From the IMG/VR virus record IMGVR_UViG_3300021962_000055, positions 1 to 64,000 of that record: DNA of 64,000 nucleotides; one strand, written 5' to 3'. The notes beneath the pieces are model-generated. The model did no database searches. It was not told where the DNA came from and saw only the letters and a list, made by a program, of their open reading frames with translations. This stretch comes from a virus. Shown here piece by piece: positions 36,498 to 45,865 of this stretch. The first letter of the stretch is position 1. Each line of letters opens with the position of its first letter. A program made the translations under genes and the position numbers.

Positions 36498-37211
36498 TCA
36501 GTCGTCCAGATCTTCAAGAGCAATCTGCTGGAGATCCTTACGTGCAGGGATCTGAATGATATCCGGAGTGTAAGCCTTGCCCTTGAAAGAGCGGATGTCT
36601 TCCGGGGTAAGCGGCTCAATGTTCCACTCTTCCAGGTCCCGCTCCTTGACCAACTGATGGTTGGTGGCAGAAGTGGCACCCTTGCCGGAACGGCTTACCG
36701 CCCAGAAGTGCTTGGAGAGAGGTCCCTGACGGGGGTCATTGTGGAAGTTCTTGAGCTGGTCGATGACCCGAGGTCCCACTTCGTAGGACTTGATGGACGG
36801 CTCGCTGTCGGAACTCAGAAGCACCACATTGAATGCAAACCGAGTTGACGGACGGCTACCGGCATCACAAAGCGGACAACCCTTTGGGTCGATGTCCGCA
36901 ATGCAGGTAAACGACTTCTGACCCGAACGCTCAACCCAGTGTTGGCGGTATGAAGCGTAGGGCTCATCCTCCAAGAACTTGATGATGATGGGGTCTTCCA
37001 TCACGCGAAGACGCTGAGCGTACGGTGAGTCGGCATTCTTGACCGAGTCCGCTGCACCCCAACCACGACGGATTACCCGTGATGCGGCAGCGGGGCGCTC
37101 TTCAGCTTCTTCCTTTTCTTCGTCTTCCACGACGAGCTTCAATCCCTTGGTTGAACGCACCGGGGCGTCTTCCATGATTTCCTGCTCGTCATCATCTTCA
37201 TATCTGCTCAT
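36498..37211 (-). CDS. single-stranded DNA-binding protein (gp32-like, zinc-binding)
   Basis: IKFL, QHW, C....CPLC, FAFNV; next to polA. Confidence 0.7.
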   Translation of the reverse strand: MSRYEDDDEQEIMEDAPVRSTKGLKLVVEDEEKEEAEERPAAASRVIRRGWGAADSVKNADSPYAQRLRVMEDPIIIKFLEDEPYASYRQHWVERSGQKSFTCIADIDPKGCPLCDAGSRPSTRFAFNVVLLSSDSEPSIKSYEVGPRVIDQLKNFHNDPRQGPLSKHFWAVSRSGKGATSATNHQLVKERDLEEWNIEPLTPEDIRSFKGKAYTPDIIQIPARKDLQQIALEDLDD

Positions 37212-37221
37212 TGTTTGTTCC

Positions 37222-37656
37222 TTAATCGTTGGGCCATTGGTTTTTGATGTGCTGTCTGAATCCGTCCCAGTTGGCCTTGGCTGGGTCGTCTATCTCAAAC
37301 CGCGACAGCGCGGTAAGTAGGAACTCTACTTGCTCTAGCGAGTAAAGCCTACGTCCTTTCAAAGCTTTTCCAGGAATTTGTTCCGCCTTGGGGGCAGGTG
37401 TCCTGTACTTTGCCTTGGGGAGCCACCCTTTGGACTCCCACATCCTGATTGTAACCGGTTTTCTATTGAGGGCTTTGGCTAACTCGCCTACGGTAAAGAA
37501 CTGCCGTTCAACCCCGTTGACCCTCATTATTTTGGACTTAGCTCCGTTCAGCCGGTCCTCGGCTAGTGGATCCTTGGTTGTCACCTTCCTGTTTTTGGGA
37601 GGCGTCCTTCCCGGAAAATCAGGAAGGCTGTTGAACATGTCCAGCGGATCTCGCAT
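37222..37656 (-). CDS. MerR-like HTH DNA-binding protein
   Basis: FTVGELAKAL...TIRMWE..G.LP, RRLYS. Confidence 0.8.
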   Translation of the reverse strand: MRDPLDMFNSLPDFPGRTPPKNRKVTTKDPLAEDRLNGAKSKIMRVNGVERQFFTVGELAKALNRKPVTIRMWESKGWLPKAKYRTPAPKAEQIPGKALKGRRLYSLEQVEFLLTALSRFEIDDPAKANWDGFRQHIKNQWPND

Positions 37657-37668
37657 CGGTGCTCCTGA

Positions 37669-38088
37669 TCACTCGTCGTCGTAGCTTTTTTGGTCTACTA
37701 CTTTGAAAGCCCACGATTCCTTTTCGACGTAAAAACTGGCCAGAGTGTCTTGGTGCTCTTGATGGTCCCAGCAGTACGTCAATACGGCGTTCTCGGTGAT
37801 GGTCACGATGGTCTCTTGAACTTCTTCAAGGATACCCAGTTGCTCGGCCCACTCCTCTGCCGCACCCAAGTCAAATGACCTGCTGACCCTACGTTCATGT
37901 TTGACCTGGGTGTTGACCCCAGGTAGCCACTTATGCCCACGGTCGTCTGGAACACCATGCTCAGAGACCATGGCGAGCAGTTCTTTTTTGAGGCTGTCGG
38001 TGCGGGCCGTGGCCTTATCCGAGAACTCCTTGGCTGCTCGGTACTCCTGAACGAGGCGCTCAACCATACCCTTTTCAATCTTTGACAT
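37669..38088 (-). CDS. coiled-coil phage protein (Gam/gp157-like architecture)
   Basis: EY...K helix, D.RGH, C-terminal WAFK. Confidence 0.6.
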   Translation of the reverse strand: MSKIEKGMVERLVQEYRAAKEFSDKATARTDSLKKELLAMVSEHGVPDDRGHKWLPGVNTQVKHERRVSRSFDLGAAEEWAEQLGILEEVQETIVTITENAVLTYCWDHQEHQDTLASFYVEKESWAFKVVDQKSYDDE

Positions 38089-38089
38089 C

Positions 38090-39637
38090 TTACACCTGTG
38101 ATTCTCTTAGGAAGGACGACAGACTACTCAACGAAATATCAAACCCGCCACGATGGTCGTGGTGCTTTCCGTCGATGAAGGCTTCGTTGATGGAACGTTT
38201 TTGCTGGAGCATCTCGTACTGACGCTCTTCGATAGACCCCTGCATTACGAATGTCGCAATCGTAACGTGAGCAAACTGCGAAGACAACCTGATGATTCTT
38301 GCTTCTCGTTGTTCTAGTTTCCCACTGCTCCATGGGAGGTCGTAAGAGATCAGATAGTTGGCCATAGGTAGGTCGACACCGTACCCTCCGGCATCAGAAG
38401 ACAAGAACAACCTGACGTCCTGATCATTGGAGAACGCCTGCTTTGCTTCGTCTTTTTCCTCAGCGTTCATGTCTCCTGTAAATAACACACTTCGTGTCAT
38501 GGATCTTGAGGCGGCTTGTATCAACTTTAAGTTGTCTTTGAAAAACGAAAACAAAACTACCTTGTTCTTGGGGTCTTCGTTTAACACCTGTTGGATGTAC
38601 TCAAGCACTGCGTCCAGCTTGGGGGTGCCTATATTTGCAGGCACTAGGCCAAGCTTGTACACCTCATCAGCGTATGCGCTTCCCTCTTTGGGGTAGTTAG
38701 GGTCGCTGTATTTACGGGCTGAGTTAACTACCAGTTGCGGGTTATCGCAGAGCATCCGCAACACGGTAAGACGGGACATGATTTGCCCCTGGGCCTCATT
38801 AGATTCTGGGTCGTTGTAATGCTTCCAGATGTTGAAAGCCCCACCATGGCTACCTATTACCTGCTGTAACTGGTGTAGCAGGTCAGTTGAAATGGTTCGA
38901 TATAGCCTGGCACCTACGTCGTCAAAAGCCACCGGGATGGTTTGGTGAATGATGTCTGGTAGCTGATCGGCAATATCTTCCCTGGTCTTACGCACCATGC
39001 AGTCAGCCATAGAGGCATGAAGGTTCTTTAGGTTTCGATACCTAGTTGGCTTGCCAAAGTGATCTCGGACAATAAAGGTCCTGTCAAACTGATCAAACTT
39101 GCCTAGGACGTCCGGGTCAACAAATTCCATGATGGAGAACAGTTCCTCGGGGCGGTTCTCGATTGGCTGTCCGGTAAGGGCAAATCGATAAGGCACTCGC
39201 TTACCAATCTTCTTTATCATCTTAGACCGCTTACTTACCCTGGATTTGATGATGGTGGCCTCGTCTACGACGACAGCTTGGATACCAACTTTGAGACACT
39301 GAGCCATATCCCGTATCAATGTCTCTGGGTTTACGATGATATAGTCAGCTGACAGTGTGGCGCGCCAGCACTTCTCACGAGCTTTTGGTGAGCCATCGAT
39401 TACAAGAACTCTAGAATTAGTAAATCGTTTAATCTCACGCATCCACTGGTACTTGAGGGATGCAGGAACAATGACAAGGCATTTATCGATGTCGTTGGAT
39501 TCCATCAACCTCTCGATGGCTGCAATGGTGGTGACGGTCTTACCTGCACCCATAACCAGGCCGAGGAGCATCTGCCCGCGATCAACCATACGGTCGACAG
39601 ACTCTTCTTGGTACGGGTACAAAGTTCCTTTAAACAT
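38090..39637 (-). CDS. SNF2-family helicase
   Basis: MGAGKT, VDEAT, LTGQP, DAGGYGVDL, QREARI. Confidence 0.92.
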   Translation of the reverse strand: MFKGTLYPYQEESVDRMVDRGQMLLGLVMGAGKTVTTIAAIERLMESNDIDKCLVIVPASLKYQWMREIKRFTNSRVLVIDGSPKAREKCWRATLSADYIIVNPETLIRDMAQCLKVGIQAVVVDEATIIKSRVSKRSKMIKKIGKRVPYRFALTGQPIENRPEELFSIMEFVDPDVLGKFDQFDRTFIVRDHFGKPTRYRNLKNLHASMADCMVRKTREDIADQLPDIIHQTIPVAFDDVGARLYRTISTDLLHQLQQVIGSHGGAFNIWKHYNDPESNEAQGQIMSRLTVLRMLCDNPQLVVNSARKYSDPNYPKEGSAYADEVYKLGLVPANIGTPKLDAVLEYIQQVLNEDPKNKVVLFSFFKDNLKLIQAASRSMTRSVLFTGDMNAEEKDEAKQAFSNDQDVRLFLSSDAGGYGVDLPMANYLISYDLPWSSGKLEQREARIIRLSSQFAHVTIATFVMQGSIEERQYEMLQQKRSINEAFIDGKHHDHRGGFDISLSSLSSFLRESQV

Positions 39638-40554
39638 CACGCAATCCAGGGGGGAACAACAGTGGCGTTTAGCAGACCGTATTCAATCTGCTCATCCGTC
39701 ATGTCTCCGATGTCCTTTACATCTACTCCCTTGTAGTTCCACCACTTTATACCACGTCGAGGTGTACCAAGGAACTTGTAAAGTTTCTTGCTGGACTCCA
39801 GACCAGCAGCATCGTTGTCCATGGCTACGACTACCTGGTCAGCCACGTGAAGTAGCAAGTTCATCTGGTCTCTAGTCATGTGGGCGCCAAACGAAGCTAG
39901 AGCCCTGGGCTTTTCAAAGACCGCTGCAAACCGAACAATGTCAAGAGGGGACTCCACGATCACGGCGGTGCGTCCTCGAAACCTTTCGATGCCAAACAAG
40001 GTGCTTCCTTTGGAGACCCCAACTGGGTAGTTGCGCACCCAGTCTCGTTTCTTCTCCTGCCACCCTATGAGTTGCCCAATTGAAGACACCACGGGCAAAG
40101 CCCATGATTTGTTCTCTGGGTTCCAACGAACACCGAACTGGTACACAAGGTCTGGGTCAAGGTTGCGGAATGCGCAATGCTTGTCAGGAACTCGGGTGAA
40201 CTTTGAGAAAGCCGAAACGTTTAGAACTGGGTCTACGGTGTCTTTGGTTTTGGTGGCTAGTAGCCGATCCATCCCAGCGTTGATCAAGAACTGCTGGGCT
40301 GACATGGCGTCGTTGCCAACCAGCTCGTACAGGAGGGAAGACAGAGAACCACGGGCACCGCATGAGAAACAGATCCACAAACCGGTAGTTGCGTTAATGC
40401 TCCATGAGGGAGAGTTGTCCTCACGGCCTACGGTACGGATGTGCACGGGGCACTTGCCAGTAATCTCTCGATCACCGATCTTAGATATTTCAACACCGGC
40501 AGTCTCAAGGATTAGAGCTATGTCAGTCGAAGGACGGGTCGATGTCTCCGCCAT
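39637..40554 (-). CDS. DNA primase (CHC2 zinc finger + TOPRIM)
   Basis: CPVH, CFSC, IVES, MDND.AG, KD. Confidence 0.9.
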   Translation of the reverse strand: MAETSTRPSTDIALILETAGVEISKIGDREITGKCPVHIRTVGREDNSPSWSINATTGLWICFSCGARGSLSSLLYELVGNDAMSAQQFLINAGMDRLLATKTKDTVDPVLNVSAFSKFTRVPDKHCAFRNLDPDLVYQFGVRWNPENKSWALPVVSSIGQLIGWQEKKRDWVRNYPVGVSKGSTLFGIERFRGRTAVIVESPLDIVRFAAVFEKPRALASFGAHMTRDQMNLLLHVADQVVVAMDNDAAGLESSKKLYKFLGTPRRGIKWWNYKGVDVKDIGDMTDEQIEYGLLNATVVPPWIA

Positions 40555-41776
40555 CCATCATCACCTCTTCAAACTCCATTGTGGTCCAGTCCCATTTGAT
40601 GTGTACTTCCCCTGTAGGAGAAGACCTAGCCAGTACGACTCGGATAATTGCTTGATCGTCTATGTCCGGGTTGCGTTCTACGCCAAGAATCAAGTCGGCG
40701 TCTTGTGCAAACGATGATGTGTACCCGATGGCGTCAGCGGTAACTGCACGTGTCTTCTTGTTGCCAAGTTTCCATGAAAGGACCTGAGTGGTGGCTACTA
40801 CGGGAATGTCAAACCTTTGAGCAAGCCTTTTGAGCGATCTGGTGATGTTGGTCAAAGCTTGTGGGGAACCTTTGGGCTCTCCCTCTTCGTCATCCATCAG
40901 GTATACGCCGTCTACCACCAACAAGTCTGGTTGATACTCCTGTACTTTTCCAGCCAACGCACTCACCGTGGTGAGCGATGAGGAATCTTCACTGAACACA
41001 AACGGTTGCATGTTCTTGCGCAGAGCCAAAGCACTTTTGATCTTGGCCATGTCCTGCTTGTTCAAGTCACCAGACAGAATGCGCCCATACGGGACACGAG
41101 AGATCAAGGCGTCATAACGTGCTTCTTGCTCTTCAATGCTCATCTCAAAGGAAATGAAGAGGGGCCGTTTCCCGTGGATGTGTGCAGCGTTACCAATAAT
41201 GAGGGCGAAGAGAGACTTACCTCGTTTGGGTTCACCTGCGAAGACGATGAACTGCTGAGGACGTAGTCCGTGGGTAATTCGGTCAAGCCCGTGGAATCCG
41301 GTAGGAATGCCACGAAGAGCATTGGGTTGTTGGCGCATCTCTTCGTAACGAGCAAGACGGTTCTCCCAGTTCTGAATAATGTCTACGTCGCGTAGACGAG
41401 CGGACTCTACTGAAGCTTTTTGTAGGCCGGAGCTAAGCACCTCCATGGCCTTGGCGATGTTGTCGTCGTTGAGCTCATTGATGGCGGGTTGCAGCGCATC
41501 AAGCATGCACCGCTTCCTGTAGGCGTTGAAGACCTCATCGAGAAGACGAGAGAACGGTTCATCATCTGCGTCGTACAGGGTGATGCCGCCAAACTCCTGC
41601 ATGAACACTCGCTCACTGGGAACAGTGCCATGGGCGCGGTAGAACTCCAGGATCCACTGCCAGATTGCAGGCCACTCACCAGTCAGGTGGTCGGGCTTCA
41701 ATCCAGCACGTACTACTGGTTGTAGATCCTTGCTGTGGATGACTTTAGAGATTAAGTACAATTCACTAGACGACAT
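40523..41776 (-). CDS. dnaB: DnaB-like replicative helicase
   Basis: GIPTGF..LD, GEPKRGKS, SFEM, VVDG, QDAD. Confidence 0.92.
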   Translation of the reverse strand: MSSSELYLISKVIHSKDLQPVVRAGLKPDHLTGEWPAIWQWILEFYRAHGTVPSERVFMQEFGGITLYDADDEPFSRLLDEVFNAYRKRCMLDALQPAINELNDDNIAKAMEVLSSGLQKASVESARLRDVDIIQNWENRLARYEEMRQQPNALRGIPTGFHGLDRITHGLRPQQFIVFAGEPKRGKSLFALIIGNAAHIHGKRPLFISFEMSIEEQEARYDALISRVPYGRILSGDLNKQDMAKIKSALALRKNMQPFVFSEDSSSLTTVSALAGKVQEYQPDLLVVDGVYLMDDEEGEPKGSPQALTNITRSLKRLAQRFDIPVVATTQVLSWKLGNKKTRAVTADAIGYTSSFAQDADLILGVERNPDIDDQAIIRVVLARSSPTGEVHIKWDWTTMEFEEVMMDGGDIDPSFD

Positions 41777-42216
41777 CACAGCCTCCACGCAGACTCAGGG
41801 CTGACCACTGTAGCGCGCATGCCTAGCGAATACGCAACATCTTTGTTCGGCGCGTAAACAACTTTGATTGCTCTGTTGTACTTCAGATCATCTGCATAAG
41901 CGGCAACGTCTTCGTAGAAGTACACCGGTGTAGTTACGCCTTTGCGAAGAAGCCAACGGTAGATGGGCTCTACGGCATCAACCGATAGAAACGTTATCAC
42001 CTCGGTTGAAATACCAAGGCGCTCAACAGAGTCAATCAATGATTTCAGAGGTAGCTCGTTGGGCGACCACAGCGCGAGCGCAGCGTCCCAGTCATTGCGG
42101 CGAATATAAAACTTCTCTTTGACCGCAGAAACCCCAGAAGGTGGGGAGGCCAGGACGCCCTCAAAGATAGAGGCTTGTCCCACTCCGCTAGAGATGGCGA
42201 TGTCTCCTCGTTCCAT
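41776..42216 (-). CDS. hypothetical protein, possible degenerate HAD fold
   Basis: IFEGVLA resembles HAD motif I without the Asp. Confidence 0.5.
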   Translation of the reverse strand: MERGDIAISSGVGQASIFEGVLASPPSGVSAVKEKFYIRRNDWDAALALWSPNELPLKSLIDSVERLGISTEVITFLSVDAVEPIYRWLLRKGVTTPVYFYEDVAAYADDLKYNRAIKVVYAPNKDVAYSLGMRATVVSPESAWRL

Positions 42217-42806
42217 CAGGCCACCTTTACTTTTTCCATCTCAACTACCGCACTTGTTACCCGCTCTCCATAACGGCGAGTAAAGTCGGTGACACCAAGC
42301 GTGGTGGTCACGATGGTGGTGCGCATGTCTTCATGCCTGCGGCGGATGAGACTTCCAATCTCGTGGGTTGCAAACTCCGTTTCTCGTTCTTGCCCCACAC
42401 CGTCTAGAAGCACCACGTCAAATGTTCCCTGGATGTACTTGATCAAGTACGGACTGGAATACATCTCCGGCAAAAGGTTGTCGTTGTCAAACTGGTCTTT
42501 GAGCATCTCGATGTACCGATCAGCCGTAACAAACCGGCCAGACGCTGTGTCTGCAATCAGTTCTTGAAGCACCAGTTGTGCTAGTACGGTTTTTCCAACT
42601 CCGGATTTTCCGTGGATAAAGATGCTGCTTCCGGGCTCAAACGTTTGTAGCCACTTGACGACCTGCGCCGGTACCTGAACAGATTCTGTTGGGATTTGGG
42701 AGAACCTTTTTGGAATCTTTGCATGGAACAACCGCTCTTCAACAGGACGGTTTCTCCACCACGCGGCTGACTTCCAATCAGTCGGGGTCTGAAATTGCTG
42801 TGTCAT
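42216..42806 (-). CDS. DnaC/IstB-like helicase loader
   Basis: IPKRF, GKSGVGKT, LLDGVGQE, R.R....TIVTT. Confidence 0.85.
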   Translation of the reverse strand: MTQQFQTPTDWKSAAWWRNRPVEERLFHAKIPKRFSQIPTESVQVPAQVVKWLQTFEPGSSIFIHGKSGVGKTVLAQLVLQELIADTASGRFVTADRYIEMLKDQFDNDNLLPEMYSSPYLIKYIQGTFDVVLLDGVGQERETEFATHEIGSLIRRRHEDMRTTIVTTTLGVTDFTRRYGERVTSAVVEMEKVKVA

Positions 42807-43140
42807 TTTTGTGGTCCTCATTGTTTTCCGTGTAGGCGTTGTTTACGATTTCCCAAAACTCATCGTTGTCCTGTTTACGCTTGTGCAGGACCTTGTTGTG
42901 GACCTCAAGCCCCGATTTTGTCGAGAACTGCGCTCCACAATCCGAGCACCGGAGCATAGTCTGCCGAGAGCGTAGCGGACGGGCACAGAAGGCATCGGGT
43001 GGGATCACTGACTCTAGCGAGTGGTCAAACCAAAGTTCATACTCGTCAGTGGACTTGAAGTTGTCATGCAACCATTGTACGAACACCAAGATGTCCTCTA
43101 GGTTATTAAATACATATCTGTTGCGGTCATCTCTTCCCAT
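42778..43140 (-). CDS. C2H2 zinc-finger protein
   Basis: CSDC...F.....L..H....H. Confidence 0.7.
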   Translation of the reverse strand: MGRDDRNRYVFNNLEDILVFVQWLHDNFKSTDEYELWFDHSLESVIPPDAFCARPLRSRQTMLRCSDCGAQFSTKSGLEVHNKVLHKRKQDNDEFWEIVNNAYTENNEDHKNDTAISDPD

Positions 43141-44356
43141 GACTAGCCCTTCGGTAGTTGTACACCGCTTCCAGGATTGACCCGGCCGCAGGGCGTAGGT
43201 TTGTCTTGGAAGGTTTATGTAGTTCTGGTGGAAGTTGAACTGACCCTACAGCTGCCTGTAGCTCCAGCAAGTCCCCATCTTCTTCCCCGGCTAGTACCCG
43301 TATAAACGAGTTTAGCGCAGACAAAGTACTCCTGAACTCGGGGCTGACCACACCTTTGTGAGATGTAATCAAGTCCGCCACAACTTCAGGGTACCGGAAG
43401 CAAATGTCCATGCCGTGCATAATCACCGCATGTCGGATTGTGGAGTCGTTCAGCTCTGGCCAGGGCATGTCAATTCCGTTGCGCTCAAAATCCCCCATGA
43501 TGAACATCAACGCAGGGTCTTCGACAGATACTTCGGTGTCAACCTGCTCCATCAACTTTTGCTGAACGCCCTTGTTGGTAAACACCATGATCGGGTTCTC
43601 TGCTGTGCGCCAGTGCTCTACGTCCATGAAACGTTTAATCATCTGCGAAACTGTGAACTCTGTTAACCCAGAATCCCGCAAGGTGTTCAAAGTCTTACGA
43701 AGAATGATGATGTCTCGATAGGCGTAGGTGGTCCCCATGATCGACCTTGGGTCGCTTAAAAACTGGCTGACCAAGTTGGTTACATCCCGTCGGGTTTTCT
43801 TTTCTGGGGGCTTGGGGTCAAACGACTTTTCAGGCTTGTCTGGGTCTGCTCCAAGAATCATAAAATCCTCCAGACCGCTCGCGGTCCTCTTTATGTTTTC
43901 AGTATCTATATCTAATATCTCTATTAAAGGGTCCGAGATTTGTGCTGTTAGCAGGGGTGACTCAGTTTTAGATGGGGTCAGCCGTGACCCATTGATAGGG
44001 TCAGCCGTGACCCTATCTACACCCCTGTTTGGGGAGTCAATAGGGTCAGCAGTGACCCCATCTGGAGCGTTGTAGTTGATCCGGTAAGAGTTGGTGAGGG
44101 GCTTGCGATAACGTACAACGGTAACGATTCCCTGCTCCGCCAACCACTTAAGAGACCGTTTTACGGTCTCCTTGGAGAGCTCCGAATACTCAGAAATTTG
44201 GGCGACGGAGGCGCGCACTTCTTTGGTACGTCGCTCCATGAGCGCAACAAGTGAAACCAACAATTGTAAATCTCTGGCGTGCCCAGACTGGCGTATGCGC
44301 TCAGTCGCCCATAGGGGGATGGCCAAGAACGGCCCCTGGAACAAGTTGGTGGTCAT
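43127..44356 (-). CDS. replication initiator-like protein (N-terminal wHTH)
   Basis: S...I.....LS..TVKRSL..L...G.V, NSY; iterons in the linker; upstream of the DnaC-like and DnaB genes. Confidence 0.7.
   Translation of the reverse strand: MTTNLFQGPFLAIPLWATERIRQSGHARDLQLLVSLVALMERRTKEVRASVAQISEYSELSKETVKRSLKWLAEQGIVTVVRYRKPLTNSYRINYNAPDGVTADPIDSPNRGVDRVTADPINGSRLTPSKTESPLLTAQISDPLIEILDIDTENIKRTASGLEDFMILGADPDKPEKSFDPKPPEKKTRRDVTNLVSQFLSDPRSIMGTTYAYRDIIILRKTLNTLRDSGLTEFTVSQMIKRFMDVEHWRTAENPIMVFTNKGVQQKLMEQVDTEVSVEDPALMFIMGDFERNGIDMPWPELNDSTIRHAVIMHGMDICFRYPEVVADLITSHKGVVSPEFRSTLSALNSFIRVLAGEEDGDLLELQAAVGSVQLPPELHKPSKTNLRPAAGSILEAVYNYRRASHGKR
43971..44062. repeat. three palindromic iterons GGGTCAGC(C/A)GTGACCC, candidate replication origin
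   Basis: Copies at about 43971-43992, 43994-44017 and 44039-44062; AT-rich tract at about 43890-43928. Confidence 0.75.
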
Positions 44357-44401
44357 GGGTCGGTGACTGTACAGTATGGAGGGCACCGGATGCAACCATG
44401 C

Positions 44402-44431
44402 TTGACATGGTTACGATCCGGTTGTTAGTAT
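44402..44431 (+). promoter_or_regulatory. SigA/sigma70-type promoter for the dps island
   Basis: TTGACA-18 nt-TAGTAT with an extended TGn -10; overlapped by an inverted repeat at 44385-44422. Confidence 0.65.
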
Positions 44432-44541
44432 CCCATTAACCAGTAAGTTGGTGGTTCTCCTGACTGGTTGTAGGTTCAGCGAGCGCCGGGTGTGTGCGGT
44501 AAAATGCTCATACCCGGCGTTAGCTTTACCCTAGGAGCACA

Positions 44542-44976
44542 ATGGACGATCTAATCAAATCACTAAAGGTCCTGGTAGCGGACGTGGTGACTTTTTACTT
44601 TATGGCGCATGGGTACCATTGGAACGTTGAAGGGGAAGACTTCAGCCAGTACCACGGCCTCTTTTCTGACATCTATGAAGATGCCTACGGTTCTATTGAC
44701 GCCATCGCTGAAAACATTCGAAAGCTCGATGACTACGCCCCGTTCAGTCTAAAAAAATTCAACGAGCTGACCACAGTTACTTTTAAAGATGTAGAGCCCA
44801 CACCAAAGGCAATGGCTAAGGCTCTTCTAACGGCCAACGAATCCGTCATTAAAACCCTGAATGATTCTTTTAAGAAAGCCACAAAGGCGGACGAGCAGGG
44901 TATTGCCGACTTCCTCGCTGGGCGTATTGACATGCATAAAAAATGGGCGTGGCAACTCCGCGCTTCAACCAAGTGA
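44542..44976 (+). CDS. dps: Dps (DNA-binding ferritin-like protein)
   Basis: HGYHWNVEG..F..YH..F, D..AE.IR, H.K.AWQL. Confidence 0.92.
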   Translation: MDDLIKSLKVLVADVVTFYFMAHGYHWNVEGEDFSQYHGLFSDIYEDAYGSIDAIAENIRKLDDYAPFSLKKFNELTTVTFKDVEPTPKAMAKALLTANESVIKTLNDSFKKATKADEQGIADFLAGRIDMHKKWAWQLRASTK

Positions 44977-44983
44977 GGTAATT

Positions 44984-45277
44984 ATGGCAGAGAAGAAAAA
45001 GGATCCCCGCCTTGAGCGCGCTGGTGTATCTGGCTACAACAAGCCCAAGCGTACCCCCGACCACCCTACCAAGTCACACATCGTTGTAGCCAAAGAGGGA
45101 GACAAGGTTAAGACGATCCGCTTTGGTGAGCAGGGGGCAGAGACCGCTGGCAAACCTAAGGCTGGGGAGTCGGAGCGCATGAAGGAAAAGCGTGCTTCCT
45201 TTAAGGCTCGCCATCGTGCCAATATCGCCAAGGGAAAGATGTCAGCAGCGTATTGGGCAGACAAGGTCAAGTGGTGA
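44984..45277 (+). CDS. small basic conserved viral protein
   Basis: KTIRFG.QG, RASFKARH, SAAYWA.K.KW. Confidence 0.75.
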   Translation: MAEKKKDPRLERAGVSGYNKPKRTPDHPTKSHIVVAKEGDKVKTIRFGEQGAETAGKPKAGESERMKEKRASFKARHRANIAKGKMSAAYWADKVKW

Positions 45278-45468
45278 TGGCTGCCAAGAAGAAGGCCGAG
45301 TCAAAGGTAAACGAGGCTGGCAACTACACCAAGCCCGCACTCCGCAAGCGTCTGTTCAATGAGATCAAGGCTGGCACCAAGGGCGGCGACCCAGGTGAGT
45401 GGTCTGCCCGTAAAGCACAGCTTCTGGCCAAGCGCTACAAGGAAGCTGGCGGCGGTTACAAGGACTGA
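45277..45468 (+). CDS. small basic protein (GGxPGxWSARKAQ motif)
   Basis: YTKP.LR, GTKGGDPGEWSARKAQLLA..YK..GGGY. Confidence 0.75.
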   Translation: MAAKKKAESKVNEAGNYTKPALRKRLFNEIKAGTKGGDPGEWSARKAQLLAKRYKEAGGGYKD

Positions 45469-45470
45469 CC

Positions 45471-45719
45471 ATGGCCAAGAAAGAGCCCCAGAAGGATCTC
45501 GACAAGTGGACCAAGGAAAAGTGGCGCACATCCGACGGCTCGGAATCCAAGGGCAAAAAGCGCTACTTACCAGACAAGGCTTGGAATGCCCTTTCTCCAG
45601 AAGAGAAGGCGGCCACCAACAAGGCCAAAGCTGAAGGAAACAGTAAGGGCAAGCAGTTTGTTCCTCAGCCAAAAAGCATCGCAAAGAAGACTGCGAAGCA
45701 TAGGAAAGGAGGTAAGTAG
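45471..45719 (+). CDS. small basic protein (RYLP..AW motif)
   Basis: L.KWT.EKW.T, RYLPDKAW..LS.EEK, GKQFV. Confidence 0.75.
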   Translation: MAKKEPQKDLDKWTKEKWRTSDGSESKGKKRYLPDKAWNALSPEEKAATNKAKAEGNSKGKQFVPQPKSIAKKTAKHRKGGK

Positions 45720-45720
45720 T

Positions 45721-45837
45721 ATGTGTACATCGTGTGGATGTGGGCTCAAGGACAAGAAAGACCCCGGCTACGGCAAGGGTCCCAAGAAGGGCGGCAAGAA
45801 AGCCGCTCCGAAGAAGGCAGCGGCCAAGAAGAAGTGA
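45721..45837 (+). CDS. Cys-headed Lys/Ala-rich histone-H1-like peptide (38 aa)
   Basis: MCTSCGCG...KKAAPKKAAAKKK; AGGAGG RBS. Confidence 0.65.
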   Translation: MCTSCGCGLKDKKDPGYGKGPKKGGKKAAPKKAAAKKK

Positions 45838-45865
45838 CCTTGTAACGGAGGTGACCGTATCTAGC

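Noticed and set aside
44435-44530. tRNA gene
   Set aside because: Only two hairpins; no cloverleaf, T-loop consensus or acceptor stem
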